Counted from the stretch's first letter, positions 28,564-39,113 are shown. The stretch is 64,000 bases of DNA from Minisyncoccia bacterium (GCA_049287045.1 JBAQFC010000001.1:3309-67308), one strand, 5' to 3'. Made by a program: numbers and translations. The notes: a model not told the origin generated them from the sequence alone.

Positions 28564-30318
28564 TTATAACTCTAAAGATTTATTTGAAATTTTTTCTAAG
28601 GTTTGTGTTAGGAAATCTTGAGCAGAGATACCTTCTATTTTTGTACCATCTCTTTTTTCAACAGTTAATACTCCCGCTTCTTTTTCCTTGTCACCAAGGA
28701 CGATGACGTAAGGGACTTTGCCGGCTTTGGCATGGTTGATGCGTTTACCAAGAGAATCATTTTCATCTAAGACTTGAACTCTGATATCTTTCTCTTGTAA
28801 AATTTTTGCAATTTCTTTTGCTGCTTCTGTGTGATTTTCTCGTACAGGAACGATGGCAACTTGGATAGGGGAAAGCCAAACTGGGAAATTACCCGCAGTA
28901 TGTTCAATCATAGTAGACATAAATCTTTCGATAGATCCCATAATAGCAGCGTGGATCATCACAATTTGTTCTTTTTCACCTTTTTCATTTATGCAAACAA
29001 GACCGAAATTTTTTGGTTGGTTGAAGTCGAGCTGAATAGTCGCTACTTGCAGTACTCTTCCAATAGAGTCTTTACTGATGAAATCTATCTTTGGGCCGTA
29101 AAAAGCAGCTTCACCGAGACCATCAATCCATGTCACACCTTTTTTTGTCATTAAATCTTTCAGGGCATCTTCTGATTTTTTCCAAACTTCATCACTACCC
29201 ATATATTTTTCTCTTTGAGCTGGATCATGTCTGGAAAAACGCACCTGTAGTTCGAAGCCAAAAGTTTTATAGAAGGTTTCGATGATATCCCAAATAGTCA
29301 TTACTTCTTCTTCTATTTGATTTTCACGGCAGAAAACATGGGCATCATCCTGAGTAATAGAAAGAACACGAGATAAACCAGAAAGCTCACCGGATTGTTC
29401 GTCTCGGTAAACCATTGTTGTTTCTGAATAGCGTTGGGGCATGTCACGGTAACTTTTTGGTGAAGAATCAAAGATCTGCGCATGGTGCGGGCAGTTCATT
29501 GGTTTCATTGCGTAGACATGGTCTTCTCGTGTATGAATTTTAAATAAATCTTCAGCATATTTTGCCCAGTGGCCTGAAGTCTCATAGAGTTCCTTTTTAG
29601 TAATATGAGGAATACAAACTTTTTGGTATCCTTTTGTTTTTCTTAGACTCCAAACATAATCATTTAAAAGTTCACGCATAATTGTGCCTTTAGGTGTCCA
29701 AAGTGGAAGTCCTGCACCGACTAGTTCTGAGAAGACGAAAAGACCCATTTCTTTACCAATTTTTTTATGGTCTCTTTTTTTAGCTTCTTCTCTTTGGAAA
29801 ATATAGGCTTCTAGTTCTGCGGCTGTTTCGAAAGCTAAACCGTAAATACGGGTTAGCATTTTATTCTTACTATCTCCACGCCAGTAGGCTCCAGCAACAC
29901 GGTCTAGTTTGAAAGCATTGACATCTATTTCTTGAGATGGATTTTCCAAGTGTCCGCCTCGGCATAGGTCAGTAAACTTTCCACAAGTATAAAAAGTTAT
30001 TTGTTCACCCTTGTCAGAAATTTCTTTTATGAGTTCTAGTTTGTATTCGTTACCACTAAAATATTTTTCTGCTTCTTCTTTGGTTTTATCTTCATGAGTG
30101 AATTCTTTCCAGGTCTTTAATATCTCTCGCATTTTCTTTTCTATCTTTGGTAGGTCTTTGTCGGAGACAGGGGAGGTAAAATCAAGGTCATAATAAAATC
30201 CATCATCGATAGATGGTCCGATAGTGTTCTTTGTATCGGGGTATATTTCTAAAACAGCGGCTGCTAATAAGTGTGCGAGGGTATGCCTCATATTGTGTAA
30301 TTTTTCTGTATTTGTCAT
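28564..30318 (-). CDS. thrS: threonine--tRNA ligase (no N-terminal TGS domain)
   Basis: HRDHKKIGKEMGLF; class II motifs; zinc-binding Cys/His; C-terminal anticodon-binding domain. Confidence 0.9.
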   Translation of the reverse strand: MTNTEKLHNMRHTLAHLLAAAVLEIYPDTKNTIGPSIDDGFYYDLDFTSPVSDKDLPKIEKKMREILKTWKEFTHEDKTKEEAEKYFSGNEYKLELIKEISDKGEQITFYTCGKFTDLCRGGHLENPSQEIDVNAFKLDRVAGAYWRGDSKNKMLTRIYGLAFETAAELEAYIFQREEAKKRDHKKIGKEMGLFVFSELVGAGLPLWTPKGTIMRELLNDYVWSLRKTKGYQKVCIPHITKKELYETSGHWAKYAEDLFKIHTREDHVYAMKPMNCPHHAQIFDSSPKSYRDMPQRYSETTMVYRDEQSGELSGLSRVLSITQDDAHVFCRENQIEEEVMTIWDIIETFYKTFGFELQVRFSRHDPAQREKYMGSDEVWKKSEDALKDLMTKKGVTWIDGLGEAAFYGPKIDFISKDSIGRVLQVATIQLDFNQPKNFGLVCINEKGEKEQIVMIHAAIMGSIERFMSTMIEHTAGNFPVWLSPIQVAIVPVRENHTEAAKEIAKILQEKDIRVQVLDENDSLGKRINHAKAGKVPYVIVLGDKEKEAGVLTVEKRDGTKIEGISAQDFLTQTLEKISNKSLEL

Positions 30319-30411
30319 AGATTCTATAATATCACATCTTTATTCTTTCCAAAAACCTACAGCTAGTGGGAGCTGGTTGCTTTTCAAATTTAATATGCTA
30401 CAATGGATTCC

Positions 30412-30642
30412 ATGGTAGTACGAATGAGACATACAAAATCGCATACAGCAAACAGACGTTCCCACCACGCTCTTAAAAAGACTGATTTTGCCAAGTGTAC
30501 GAATTGCACAGAACTAAAAAGAAGACACACAGTTTGTTCTGCTTGTGGTTTTTACCGCGGAATGAAAGTTTTAGACTTGGTTAAAAAGACTGAAAAAAAG
30601 CAGGCAAAAGCGAAAGCAAAGAAGGCTGTTGCAGCAAAGTAA
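30412..30642 (+). CDS. rpmF: 50S ribosomal protein L32 (bL32) with Lys/Ala-rich C-terminal extension
   Basis: MVVRMRHTKSHTANRRSHHAL plus CTNCxxxxxxHxVCxxCGxYRGxKV zinc ribbon. Confidence 0.75.
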   Translation: MVVRMRHTKSHTANRRSHHALKKTDFAKCTNCTELKRRHTVCSACGFYRGMKVLDLVKKTEKKQAKAKAKKAVAAK

Positions 30643-30711
30643 TTATTTTCACACTGTGGAATAGTTTTGGTATTAAACTCACTAATTAATAGTTCATTAA
30701 TTTTTTAGAAT

Positions 30712-31611
30712 ATGGCAAATAGGCACCTTTCCAGATCAATAGTACTCCAAACCCTTTTTGAATGGGATTTTAACGGTGCTAAGGATATGCCTCTAAAAGA
30801 AGCTGCTGAACGTAATTTAAAAGAATTCGCCCCGGGACTCGAGGACGATATTTTCGTGTTGGCTCTTTTAGATTTAGTAATAAAAAAGCGTTCTGTTATT
30901 GATGAAATTATTGAGAAAGCAGCTCCAGATTGGCCAATAGATAAAATTTCAGTTGTTGATAGAAATATTTTAAGAATCGGTTTAACTGAACTTCTTTTTG
31001 GTGACCGTACACAAGTACCACCAAAGGTGGCTATCAACGAAGCTATTGAATTAGCTAAATCTTTTGGTGGTGAAAACTCTGGTAAATTTATTAATGGAGT
31101 TCTTGGAGCAGTCTATAAAGAAATCGGTGAACCAGGAAAAGATGAAATAAGTAAAAAGAAAAAGAATAATGAACCAGTAGATATAACCAAACTCCCAATC
31201 GAAAAATTTGGTGGAGCATTAATTTATTCCCAAAAAGGTGGTAATCTTTACCTTGCATTAGTACATGACGTTTTCGGTTATTGGACTCTATCCAAAGGTC
31301 ACATTGACGAAGGAGAAAGTGAAGAAGATGGTACAGTCAAAAGAATTAAAGAAGAAATCGGTCTTGATATTACGATAAAAGAAAAAATTGGTGATAACCA
31401 ATATGTTGCCAGTCATCCTGAAAAAGGTAAAACTTTGAAAAAAGTTTCATATTTCCTGGCTGAGAGTGAATATCACGATCTCTTGCTTGAAAGTTCTGGT
31501 GGTCTCGACGGAGCAAGATGGTTCCAGCTTTCTGAGATTCCAGAATTACATATCTATAATGATATTATTCCACTTATTACCAAAGCTATTGAAATTATTA
31601 GTAAAAAATAG
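30712..31611 (+). CDS. nusB: NusB antitermination factor fused to a C-terminal Nudix hydrolase domain
   Basis: NusB fold residues 1-150 (RSIVLQTLFEWDF...); Nudix box GHIDEGESEEDGTVKRIKEEIGL with correct Gx5Ex7 spacing, residues ~190-212. Confidence 0.8.
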   Translation: MANRHLSRSIVLQTLFEWDFNGAKDMPLKEAAERNLKEFAPGLEDDIFVLALLDLVIKKRSVIDEIIEKAAPDWPIDKISVVDRNILRIGLTELLFGDRTQVPPKVAINEAIELAKSFGGENSGKFINGVLGAVYKEIGEPGKDEISKKKKNNEPVDITKLPIEKFGGALIYSQKGGNLYLALVHDVFGYWTLSKGHIDEGESEEDGTVKRIKEEIGLDITIKEKIGDNQYVASHPEKGKTLKKVSYFLAESEYHDLLLESSGGLDGARWFQLSEIPELHIYNDIIPLITKAIEIISKK

Positions 31612-31634
31612 CACAAGATTAATTTCCAAATTAA

Positions 31635-32330
31635 ATGATACAATTTTCAGATTTCGAAGAAAAAACAGGAATAGTCTTCAAAGATAAATCTTTATTAAAG
31701 CAAGCTTTCATACATCGTTCCTATATCAATGAAAATCCTGCTGCAGGACTTTCACACAATGAACGTCTAGAATTTTTAGGTGATGCTGTTTTAGAATTAG
31801 TCGTCACAGATTTTCTTTATAAAAAATACCCAACATATACCGAAGGGGAACTCACTTCTTTGCGTTCTGCATTAGTGAATGCAGTGATTATTTCTGAAGT
31901 TGCATCAGAAACTAATATGAATGACTTCTTGCTTTTGTCTAAGGGAGAAGCCAAAGACATGGGTAAAGCTCGTCAATACATTTTAGCCAATACTTTCGAA
32001 GCTTATGTCGGTGCATTATTTTTGGATCAAGGTTATATCCCAGCTGAAAAATTTATTGCGAAGGTTTTGTTACCTCATACTGAAGAAATTGTTTCCAAAA
32101 AACTTTGGCGTGATGCTAAGAGTTTAGTTCAAGAAAAAGCTCAAGAATTTTTAAATGTTACTCCTTCCTATAAAGTATTACACGAATCAGGTCCCGACCA
32201 TGATAAGCATTTTACTGTTGGTATTTTTCTAGGCCCAGATGTGACAGCAGAAGGTAAAGGTAAAAGTAAACAAGAAGCAGAACAAAAGGCCGCAGAAGCA
32301 GCTTTGAAAATTAAGAATTGGCTAGATTAA
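31635..32330 (+). CDS. rnc: ribonuclease III
   Basis: ERLEFLGDAVLELVVTDFLY signature plus C-terminal dsRBD. Confidence 0.9.
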   Translation: MIQFSDFEEKTGIVFKDKSLLKQAFIHRSYINENPAAGLSHNERLEFLGDAVLELVVTDFLYKKYPTYTEGELTSLRSALVNAVIISEVASETNMNDFLLLSKGEAKDMGKARQYILANTFEAYVGALFLDQGYIPAEKFIAKVLLPHTEEIVSKKLWRDAKSLVQEKAQEFLNVTPSYKVLHESGPDHDKHFTVGIFLGPDVTAEGKGKSKQEAEQKAAEAALKIKNWLD

Positions 32331-32331
32331 T

Positions 32332-34584
32332 ATGAGATTAAAATCGCTTGAAATAAACGGTTTTAAGTCATTTGCTAAAAAAACTCCTTTAGAATTTTTG
32401 AGTCCCGTAGTTTCAGTGGTAGGCCCAAACGGTTCTGGAAAATCGAACGTTGTTGAAGCTTTTCGTTTTGTCTTGGGTGAACAATCCATGAAATCGATGA
32501 GAGGTAAAACAGGTACTGATTTGATTTTTAAAGGTTCCAAGAATTTATCTAAAGGCACTCGAGCTGTGGTTTCTATTTTTTTTGATAATAAAGATAAAGT
32601 TTTTAAACTAGAAAATGAAGTAGGGGAGAATATTAATTTGAACTATGACACTATCAGTATCTCACGAGAAGTTTATGCTGATGGCTTAAATAAGTATATT
32701 TTAAACGGTTCAGAGGTCAGACTAAAAGATATCAATAATCTTTTGGCTTCAGTTAATATTGGTTCTTCTGGACATCATATTATTTCACAAGGAGAAGCAG
32801 ATAGAATATTGAATGCATCACCTCGTGATAGACGAGAAATGATTGAGGACGCATTGGGTCTTAAGATATATCAATATAAAATAAAAGATTCAGAAAGAAA
32901 GCTCGAGCGCACTACCAATAATATGAAAGAAGTTTCCTTGATAAGAAAGGAAATCACTCCACATTTAAATTTTTTAAAACGTCAGGTAGAAAAATTTGAA
33001 AAAGCCAAAGAAATGAAAGTAGATCTTTCAAATCTTTACCGTGAGTATTTAAAGAAGGAAAGTTTTTATTTAGATACTCAAAAGTCTGAGTTGCACTCAG
33101 AAAAAAATAAAATCCAAACAGAGATGGCAGAGCTTGCCAGTAAAATTTCTAGTATTGAAGATACTGGTATGGTGCAAGAAAACCCTAAAAATGAAGAACT
33201 TCGAAATTTTGATAGAAAAATCTATGAAATTAGAAGTTTGAAAGGGGAACTGGATCGTAAACTTGGACGTATTGAAGGTATGATTGAGATGGAAGAGCGC
33301 AGGGTAAAAAAGGCACCACAACAAGTGCATGTTGTTTCTCACGAAGAAGTAATAAAGATTGTTGGTGAAGTTAATAATTATATTGATGAAGCTCTTGATA
33401 AAGATAGTTTGGCTGAAGTATCGGCTATTTTGAGTAGAATTAAGATTATTTTAAATAAATTTAATCAAACCCCTGAGCCCTTAGAAAATATATCTAATTC
33501 TGAAGAAATGGATAATTTGAAAAATACTCAAGCGGGTGTCTTTGCTGAAATACAAAATATTCAAAATGAAGAGAATAAAATAAATCAACAAGCAGCAAAT
33601 TTAAGAAGAGAAATTGATTCTGAAAACGAAGATACTCGAATTAAAGAAAGAGAAAAATTTAATTACAAAGTAAAACAACAAGAGCTTTCTGCTTCCCTTA
33701 ATATTATATTGGTAAAAGAGGACAGTCTGTCTCGAAGGTCAGAAGCTTTTGAAAATGAAATAAAAGAAGGAGCTGCACTGATAGGTGTTGATGTTTTGTC
33801 TTATAAGAATTTTGAAATTTCTGGGTCTGTAGATGAATATGCTCAAGATGAACAAAAGAGAAAAATAGAAAGAATAAAAATAAAGTTAGAAGATGCAGGT
33901 CTTGGTGGGGGAAGTGAAATTTTAAAAGAATACAATGAAGTCTCAGACCGAGATAAATTTTTGGCAAAAGAGATGGAAGATCTGGCTGTTAGTATTGATT
34001 CATTACGAAAATTAATGTTAGATCTGAAAGAAAAAATTGATATTACCTTTAAAGAAGGAGTTAAAAAGATAAATACTGAGTTTCAGGAATTCTTCTCCCT
34101 TATGTTTGGTGGAGGTTCAGCTTTTTTGGCAGTAGTTGCTGAACAAAAAAGAAAGAAAAATAATAAAGGTGAACCCAATGAAGTGGAGGATGATTTTGAT
34201 GAAGAAAATGAAAATGGAATTATTTTCGAGCATGGTATTGAGATTAATGTTTCTCTACCACATAAAAAAGTAAAAGAGCTTCAGGCACTCTCTGGAGGGG
34301 AACGATCTCTGACTTCTATCGCTTTGCTTTTTTCAATGTCTCAAGTCAATCCGCCGCCTTTCTTGGTCTTAGATGAGACCGATGCCGCTCTCGATGAATC
34401 AAATTCTCGTAAATACGGTGATATGCTAGAAAAGCTTTCTAAACATTCCCAACTTGTTGTTATTACTCACAATAGAGAGACGATGTCTCGTGCTGGAGTG
34501 CTCTATGGCGTCACTATTGGTGCTGACGGTGCTTCTAAACTCCTTTCTATTAAGTTTGACGAAGCTCAAGCTATTGCGAAATAA
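32332..34584 (+). CDS. smc: SMC-family chromosome segregation ATPase, short form (750 aa, no obvious hinge domain)
   Basis: N-terminal MRLKSLEINGFKSFA...GPNGSGKSN; C-terminal LSGGERSLTSIALLF...LVLDETDAALD. Confidence 0.75.
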   Translation: MRLKSLEINGFKSFAKKTPLEFLSPVVSVVGPNGSGKSNVVEAFRFVLGEQSMKSMRGKTGTDLIFKGSKNLSKGTRAVVSIFFDNKDKVFKLENEVGENINLNYDTISISREVYADGLNKYILNGSEVRLKDINNLLASVNIGSSGHHIISQGEADRILNASPRDRREMIEDALGLKIYQYKIKDSERKLERTTNNMKEVSLIRKEITPHLNFLKRQVEKFEKAKEMKVDLSNLYREYLKKESFYLDTQKSELHSEKNKIQTEMAELASKISSIEDTGMVQENPKNEELRNFDRKIYEIRSLKGELDRKLGRIEGMIEMEERRVKKAPQQVHVVSHEEVIKIVGEVNNYIDEALDKDSLAEVSAILSRIKIILNKFNQTPEPLENISNSEEMDNLKNTQAGVFAEIQNIQNEENKINQQAANLRREIDSENEDTRIKEREKFNYKVKQQELSASLNIILVKEDSLSRRSEAFENEIKEGAALIGVDVLSYKNFEISGSVDEYAQDEQKRKIERIKIKLEDAGLGGGSEILKEYNEVSDRDKFLAKEMEDLAVSIDSLRKLMLDLKEKIDITFKEGVKKINTEFQEFFSLMFGGGSAFLAVVAEQKRKKNNKGEPNEVEDDFDEENENGIIFEHGIEINVSLPHKKVKELQALSGGERSLTSIALLFSMSQVNPPPFLVLDETDAALDESNSRKYGDMLEKLSKHSQLVVITHNRETMSRAGVLYGVTIGADGASKLLSIKFDEAQAIAK

Positions 34585-34607
34585 AAAACTAAATTCCCTT
34601 TAAAATA

Positions 34608-34638
34608 TTGACAATACAGCATATTGTATGCTAATATA
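34608..34638 (+). promoter_or_regulatory. sigma70-type promoter (TTGACA, 19 bp, TGcTAATAT) with internal palindrome agcata-ttgt-atgct
   Basis: read directly; about 85-nt leader before the ORF at 34724. Confidence 0.4.
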
Positions 34639-34723
34639 GTGTCAGATTCGTTTGACCTTGTTCGGTTAAAAGATCCAGGTAACTAACAGATTATTTAAAC
34701 CCTTAAAAAACAAATAAAAAAAG

Positions 34724-35305
34724 ATGGCAAAAACAAACACAAACCCAGAGAATGGTAAAGTACTGTTTGAAATTGAGATTAGTAAAATAATGCCTAAAAA
34801 AATAAGATACAGCTTATTGCCCAGGTATCTTAATAAAAGTGGTGCAGATGATAGTTTAAAAAATGATTTATTGAAGCGCGGTGCAGATTTTCAAAAACTA
34901 AAAGTTAAGTCAAAAATTAAATTTTGCTTGGTTAAGAGAAACCACCCCAATTCTGAAATTGAGTTTGAAGGTTTTTTTGACAGGATCAACAAAGGAGAAG
35001 TTGAATTCATATCAAAAGACAAAAACTTGGTTTGGAAAATAAAAATGGGAGAAGTAAAATTGGTACCTGCCAATGATTTAGAACTAGCTTTTTTTACCCC
35101 GCCAGTAAGTAAATATTTGAAATACTTTTTTACCGGCATGAGGATTGTTGTATTGAAAAACACTACATTTGTAAATGGGATTATTGCCTATTTAGTAGGT
35201 GAAAGTAAAGCATTTTCCAATAATCTTAAAGAAATTCCAGAAGACCTGGTTATTTCCAAAAGTTCTTCGCTTTATATATTGGCTAAAGTGGTTGATGTTA
35301 AATAA
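34724..35305 (+). CDS. hypothetical protein (193 aa)
   Basis: ORF; followed by a terminator at 35332-35363. Confidence 0.35.
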   Translation: MAKTNTNPENGKVLFEIEISKIMPKKIRYSLLPRYLNKSGADDSLKNDLLKRGADFQKLKVKSKIKFCLVKRNHPNSEIEFEGFFDRINKGEVEFISKDKNLVWKIKMGEVKLVPANDLELAFFTPPVSKYLKYFFTGMRIVVLKNTTFVNGIIAYLVGESKAFSNNLKEIPEDLVISKSSSLYILAKVVDVK

Positions 35306-35331
35306 ACTCTTTTTTTATTCTAATTTATCTG

Positions 35332-35363
35332 AAATCCTCCGAAAATTTTTGGAGGATTTTTTA
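35332..35363 (+). terminator. rho-independent terminator (aaatcctcc...ggaggattt plus T-run)
   Basis: read directly. Confidence 0.55.
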
Positions 35364-35449
35364 TTTGACTTTTTGTGATAAAGTGTGCTTTAATAAGCAA
35401 ATAAAGTTCCTCAAATAAATCTTCTAACCTGTCACTAAAACCCAAGCAA

Positions 35450-36013
35450 ATGAAAATCATTACCGTTATTGCCGTGGCTATCGTCTTTTGCATAAAGACT
35501 GGATATTGCCAATCATCTAAAGATTTAGATTCTTTAGTTGTAAAATTTGTTAATGATTTCCAGCTAAAAGCTGAATATCGAATAAAAAAAACTTTTAGTA
35601 TTCCGGTTGATTCTTGTGAATCAATTCATGGAAATAAAGTTATGACCTTTTATCATCCAGCTGTATATCATGCTGAAGGGTATCAGCCAGATAAATATTT
35701 TATTGATGTTACACGTTGGCCAGACAACTCATCCTGCGCTGTTATTTTATTTTATGACAAAATTGGTTTTAAATTTATCCAATTAAACTGTCTCTATAAA
35801 AATAATAAAGTAAGATCTGTAAGTATCTGGGAAATACCAGAAGGTAGCACTTTTGAGTATCGATATTATTTTGGTAGAGTTGGTCCTTTTAACAGGATGA
35901 AGGTTTGGTCTGAAAAGCACACAGTAGAGAATAATTATTCTAAAGAGTCTGAAGAGCATCTTAGATTGTCAGATTTCATGGATAGGTTTAAAGATTTTGA
36001 TAATTATAATTAG
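35450..36013 (+). CDS. hypothetical secreted protein (signal peptide, Cys-containing)
   Basis: N-terminal hydrophobic signal MKIITVIAVAIVFC. Confidence 0.35.
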   Translation: MKIITVIAVAIVFCIKTGYCQSSKDLDSLVVKFVNDFQLKAEYRIKKTFSIPVDSCESIHGNKVMTFYHPAVYHAEGYQPDKYFIDVTRWPDNSSCAVILFYDKIGFKFIQLNCLYKNNKVRSVSIWEIPEGSTFEYRYYFGRVGPFNRMKVWSEKHTVENNYSKESEEHLRLSDFMDRFKDFDNYN

Positions 36014-36025
36014 TATACATTTATA

Positions 36026-36057
36026 AAACACCCGGCAAATTGTCAGGTGTTTTTTTA
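36026..36057. terminator. bidirectional terminator (aacacc...ggtgtt plus T7)
   Basis: read directly between convergent genes. Confidence 0.5.
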
Positions 36058-37221
36058 TTGTGTTTTTATTTCTCCAGAAGGACCTAATACAATACCTTGT
36101 TTACCAAAGTCATTTTTTGATAAATCATTTATGATTGTAATACTTGTGTTGTTTAAATCAGGATGTGGAATTCCATTTGTATCTATTTCAAATGGAACGA
36201 TTGCTCCTGAAACAAAAGATCCTTCTTTGTTAAAAGTTGTTTCTATCATTGCGGATGTTTTCAATAAACCAGAAGTCAAAAGTGAATTTGCTGAAGCAAA
36301 ATTACCTAATGAGTAGGCAATCAGCTTGCCTTTATACCATTCAATTCCTCTAAGTACATGTGGTCCTGAGCCAAGTACAATATCTGCTCCAGCATCGATA
36401 GAGCTTTGACTGAAGGTTCGTAAATTACCTCTATTTTCTTCTAAATATATTTCAGTTTCACTTGGTGTGTGTGTATATTTTATACCTTCTCCGCCTCCAT
36501 GAAAGACTACTACAACAACATCTGAATTTTGGTCTGCGATACTAATAATTTTTTTTAGAGTTTCTTCATTATTCATGTTGGTTGTCCATGAGTAAGTTGA
36601 GAACCCGATTATTCCGATAGTAAAGTTATTTTTTGTAACATAAGTTATTTCATTTTTTATTCCACTCGTGATGATTCCTGCCTTCCGTATTTCTTTGATA
36701 GTTTCTTCTTGCCCTATTTCTCCATAATCATTGAAATGATTGTTTGCTACGTTTAAAACATCAAACGAAGATTTAGATAGTAACCCTAGAAATACATCAT
36801 CACCATTAAAAGAAAAACAGTTGAGGGAATCCGGTTTGCACTTAAAATAAATATTATTGGTTACGACACCTTCAAAATTACCAATCATAATATCTGGTTT
36901 TTCGGTATATAAAGTTATGTCTGAAAAAATATTTTCAGAAGCATTGATGCCTGGAACAATGTCACCGACAAATCCAATACTGATGGTATTGTTAATTTTA
37001 GGAGTGTTATTAGATATTTCTTTTAATACTACTGAGCTGTTGTCTTCTTGAGAAGAGACTGCATTGCCTATTAAGATATTACTATTTACTTGTGTTTTTT
37101 CATAGATAGCACCATACGCGCGCGTACTGCCTTTGATTATTATATAGCTTATACCTACTCCAATTAAAACAGCGAAAAGAATCCAAATAAATAAAGTAAC
37201 TAATTTTTTGTTAACAGGCAT
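36055..37221 (-). CDS. capA: CapA/PGA_cap-family metallophosphatase-like protein (poly-gamma-glutamate capsule-associated family), membrane-anchored
   Basis: IGFVGDIVPG, VANNHFNDYG, VVVFHGGGEG, GSGPHVLRGIE, YSLGNFAS motifs; N-terminal TM. Confidence 0.7.
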   Translation of the reverse strand: MPVNKKLVTLFIWILFAVLIGVGISYIIIKGSTRAYGAIYEKTQVNSNILIGNAVSSQEDNSSVVLKEISNNTPKINNTISIGFVGDIVPGINASENIFSDITLYTEKPDIMIGNFEGVVTNNIYFKCKPDSLNCFSFNGDDVFLGLLSKSSFDVLNVANNHFNDYGEIGQEETIKEIRKAGIITSGIKNEITYVTKNNFTIGIIGFSTYSWTTNMNNEETLKKIISIADQNSDVVVVVFHGGGEGIKYTHTPSETEIYLEENRGNLRTFSQSSIDAGADIVLGSGPHVLRGIEWYKGKLIAYSLGNFASANSLLTSGLLKTSAMIETTFNKEGSFVSGAIVPFEIDTNGIPHPDLNNTSITIINDLSKNDFGKQGIVLGPSGEIKTQ

Positions 37222-39113
37222 TATATTTTTGTTTCAGCTTCTTGTAATTTAATTTTTTCTTCTTTACCTATTACTACTGTTTCTGGTTGAAAGGCATGAT
37301 TTAATTTAACAATGTTTTTAACTATTGTCATGTTGCCACTTTTGTTTAATTTAATTTCAAGTAGCATTCCTTGCATTGTATTTTCTGAAAAATATTGATC
37401 AAAAATTAAGTTACCTAAAGAGTAAGCGATAAATCCATCTTTGTAATTTTCTGTATCTTGTACTACATGAGGATGAGTTCCGATAATAATTTTAGCTCCA
37501 TCATCTATCGCTTTATGTGCCAAGTATTCTTGTCTGTCATTATGGACAGTTTGATACTCATCACCGAAATGGAAGGAAACGACCAGATAATCAACTTGTT
37601 TTGAAGCGTTGGATATTATTTCATCAAAACGTGGATTGTTTGTTAACAGTAAACCTGCTAAGTTTTCTTTGGCTCCCATCCAGTTTGGTCCAACATCTGA
37701 AAATCCTAAATAGCCAATTTTCATCCCATATTTTTCAATAATTGTTGGTTGTTCAGCTTCTTGTGAATTTATTCCTCCACCAGTGTAAAGAATTTCGTTT
37801 TCTTTGAGAAGATCAAGGGTATCACCATAAGCTACACGCCCCCAATCACCAACATGGTTATTTGCTACTGACACAATAGAGAACCCTGCACCTTTTAGAG
37901 CTGGTATGACGGATGGGTCCATTCTAAATGAATAAAGATTATGTTTATCTTCACCCTCGTCGGATGCCGGACCTTCTAAGTTTCCGAAAACAATATCAGC
38001 TTTTTTAAATATACCTAAATTATTAAATAGTGCAGAATAATATCCATCAAAATTTTTCATAACTGAATTTTTTACCCCACGGTCAAGCATAATATCTCCT
38101 GTGAACATAAGAGTTGCAAAATTCTGTACTTCGTCCGGAACTCCTTCTTTTTGTTTAACCCAGTCAGCATCGGCATCAATCTCTTTTCCGTAATAAACAT
38201 TTTTATTTATATATTTTAAAATACTTTCTACGTCTTTATATCTATCTGTACTACGGAGTAGAACGATCGCAATATTGCGTGATTCATCTTTGGAAACAGA
38301 TAGATTAAAAGTAGAAATGACAGTTTGTTTTGCTTCACCAATAAATCCACTTTTTCCACCCATGTATCCATCTTTATGTAAAAATTGATTTATGCTAAAC
38401 CAAACATGTTTTGAATTTTTGAAACTAGGATTGGTACTTATTTTAAATAAAATGGGTTCTTTGTCTTTTATATACTTTGCAAGTTTAAATAAATCTAAAG
38501 TTGTTGATTTATTGTTTTCAGAAAGTCCGCTAGGATCTTCAAATGAAGTAGAGGTCATTCCCAGGGTTATTGCTTTCTCGTTCATTTTTTGAAGAAAAGT
38601 TTCACGTCCAGAACCACGAGCAATAGCTTCAGCAGCATCATTGCTTGATTCTAGAAGTAGGGGATACAAAAGATCACCCATTTTTATTTTTTCACCCAAA
38701 TAGAAATTACCATTTTTACCGTAGGTTGCTAAAGTTTGGGCTGATATTTGTGTAATACTGTCTTGGTCTAAATTCTCAAGAGATATTGTTGCCGTCATTA
38801 ATTTTGAAACTGAAGCAATTGGGAATTTTTGGTTTTTATTTTTTTCTAAAATTATCTCACCATTATCTAAATCACCAATAAAGAATGCTTCAGCTGTTAC
38901 CTTGGGTAATTCTGTAGGATCCTTAATAAAATAAAAAGTTCCAGGAATCGTATCTTTTAGAACTTGGTTTTCGTTTAAATTGTTTTTGTCTTCTTGTTTA
39001 ATTTTTTCATACCCAGCAGTTTTTAACGCCACGGAAGCCAGAAAAATACCGATAGTTATCGCAACTATTATCCAGAAAATATGTTTGATTTTAAAACTAG
39101 GGTTTTGGTTCAT
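37221..39113 (-). CDS. fusion protein: N-terminal S11 D-Ala-D-Ala carboxypeptidase (PBP5-like) plus C-terminal CapA/PGA_cap domain
   Basis: SxxK active site ASVSKLMTA in the N-terminal half; C-terminal half has TGDIMLDRG, ANNHVGDWG, VVSFHFGDEY, GTHPHVVQD, YSLGNLIFDQ; 1-nt overlap with the downstream capA. Confidence 0.7.
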   Translation of the reverse strand: MNQNPSFKIKHIFWIIVAITIGIFLASVALKTAGYEKIKQEDKNNLNENQVLKDTIPGTFYFIKDPTELPKVTAEAFFIGDLDNGEIILEKNKNQKFPIASVSKLMTATISLENLDQDSITQISAQTLATYGKNGNFYLGEKIKMGDLLYPLLLESSNDAAEAIARGSGRETFLQKMNEKAITLGMTSTSFEDPSGLSENNKSTTLDLFKLAKYIKDKEPILFKISTNPSFKNSKHVWFSINQFLHKDGYMGGKSGFIGEAKQTVISTFNLSVSKDESRNIAIVLLRSTDRYKDVESILKYINKNVYYGKEIDADADWVKQKEGVPDEVQNFATLMFTGDIMLDRGVKNSVMKNFDGYYSALFNNLGIFKKADIVFGNLEGPASDEGEDKHNLYSFRMDPSVIPALKGAGFSIVSVANNHVGDWGRVAYGDTLDLLKENEILYTGGGINSQEAEQPTIIEKYGMKIGYLGFSDVGPNWMGAKENLAGLLLTNNPRFDEIISNASKQVDYLVVSFHFGDEYQTVHNDRQEYLAHKAIDDGAKIIIGTHPHVVQDTENYKDGFIAYSLGNLIFDQYFSENTMQGMLLEIKLNKSGNMTIVKNIVKLNHAFQPETVVIGKEEKIKLQEAETKI

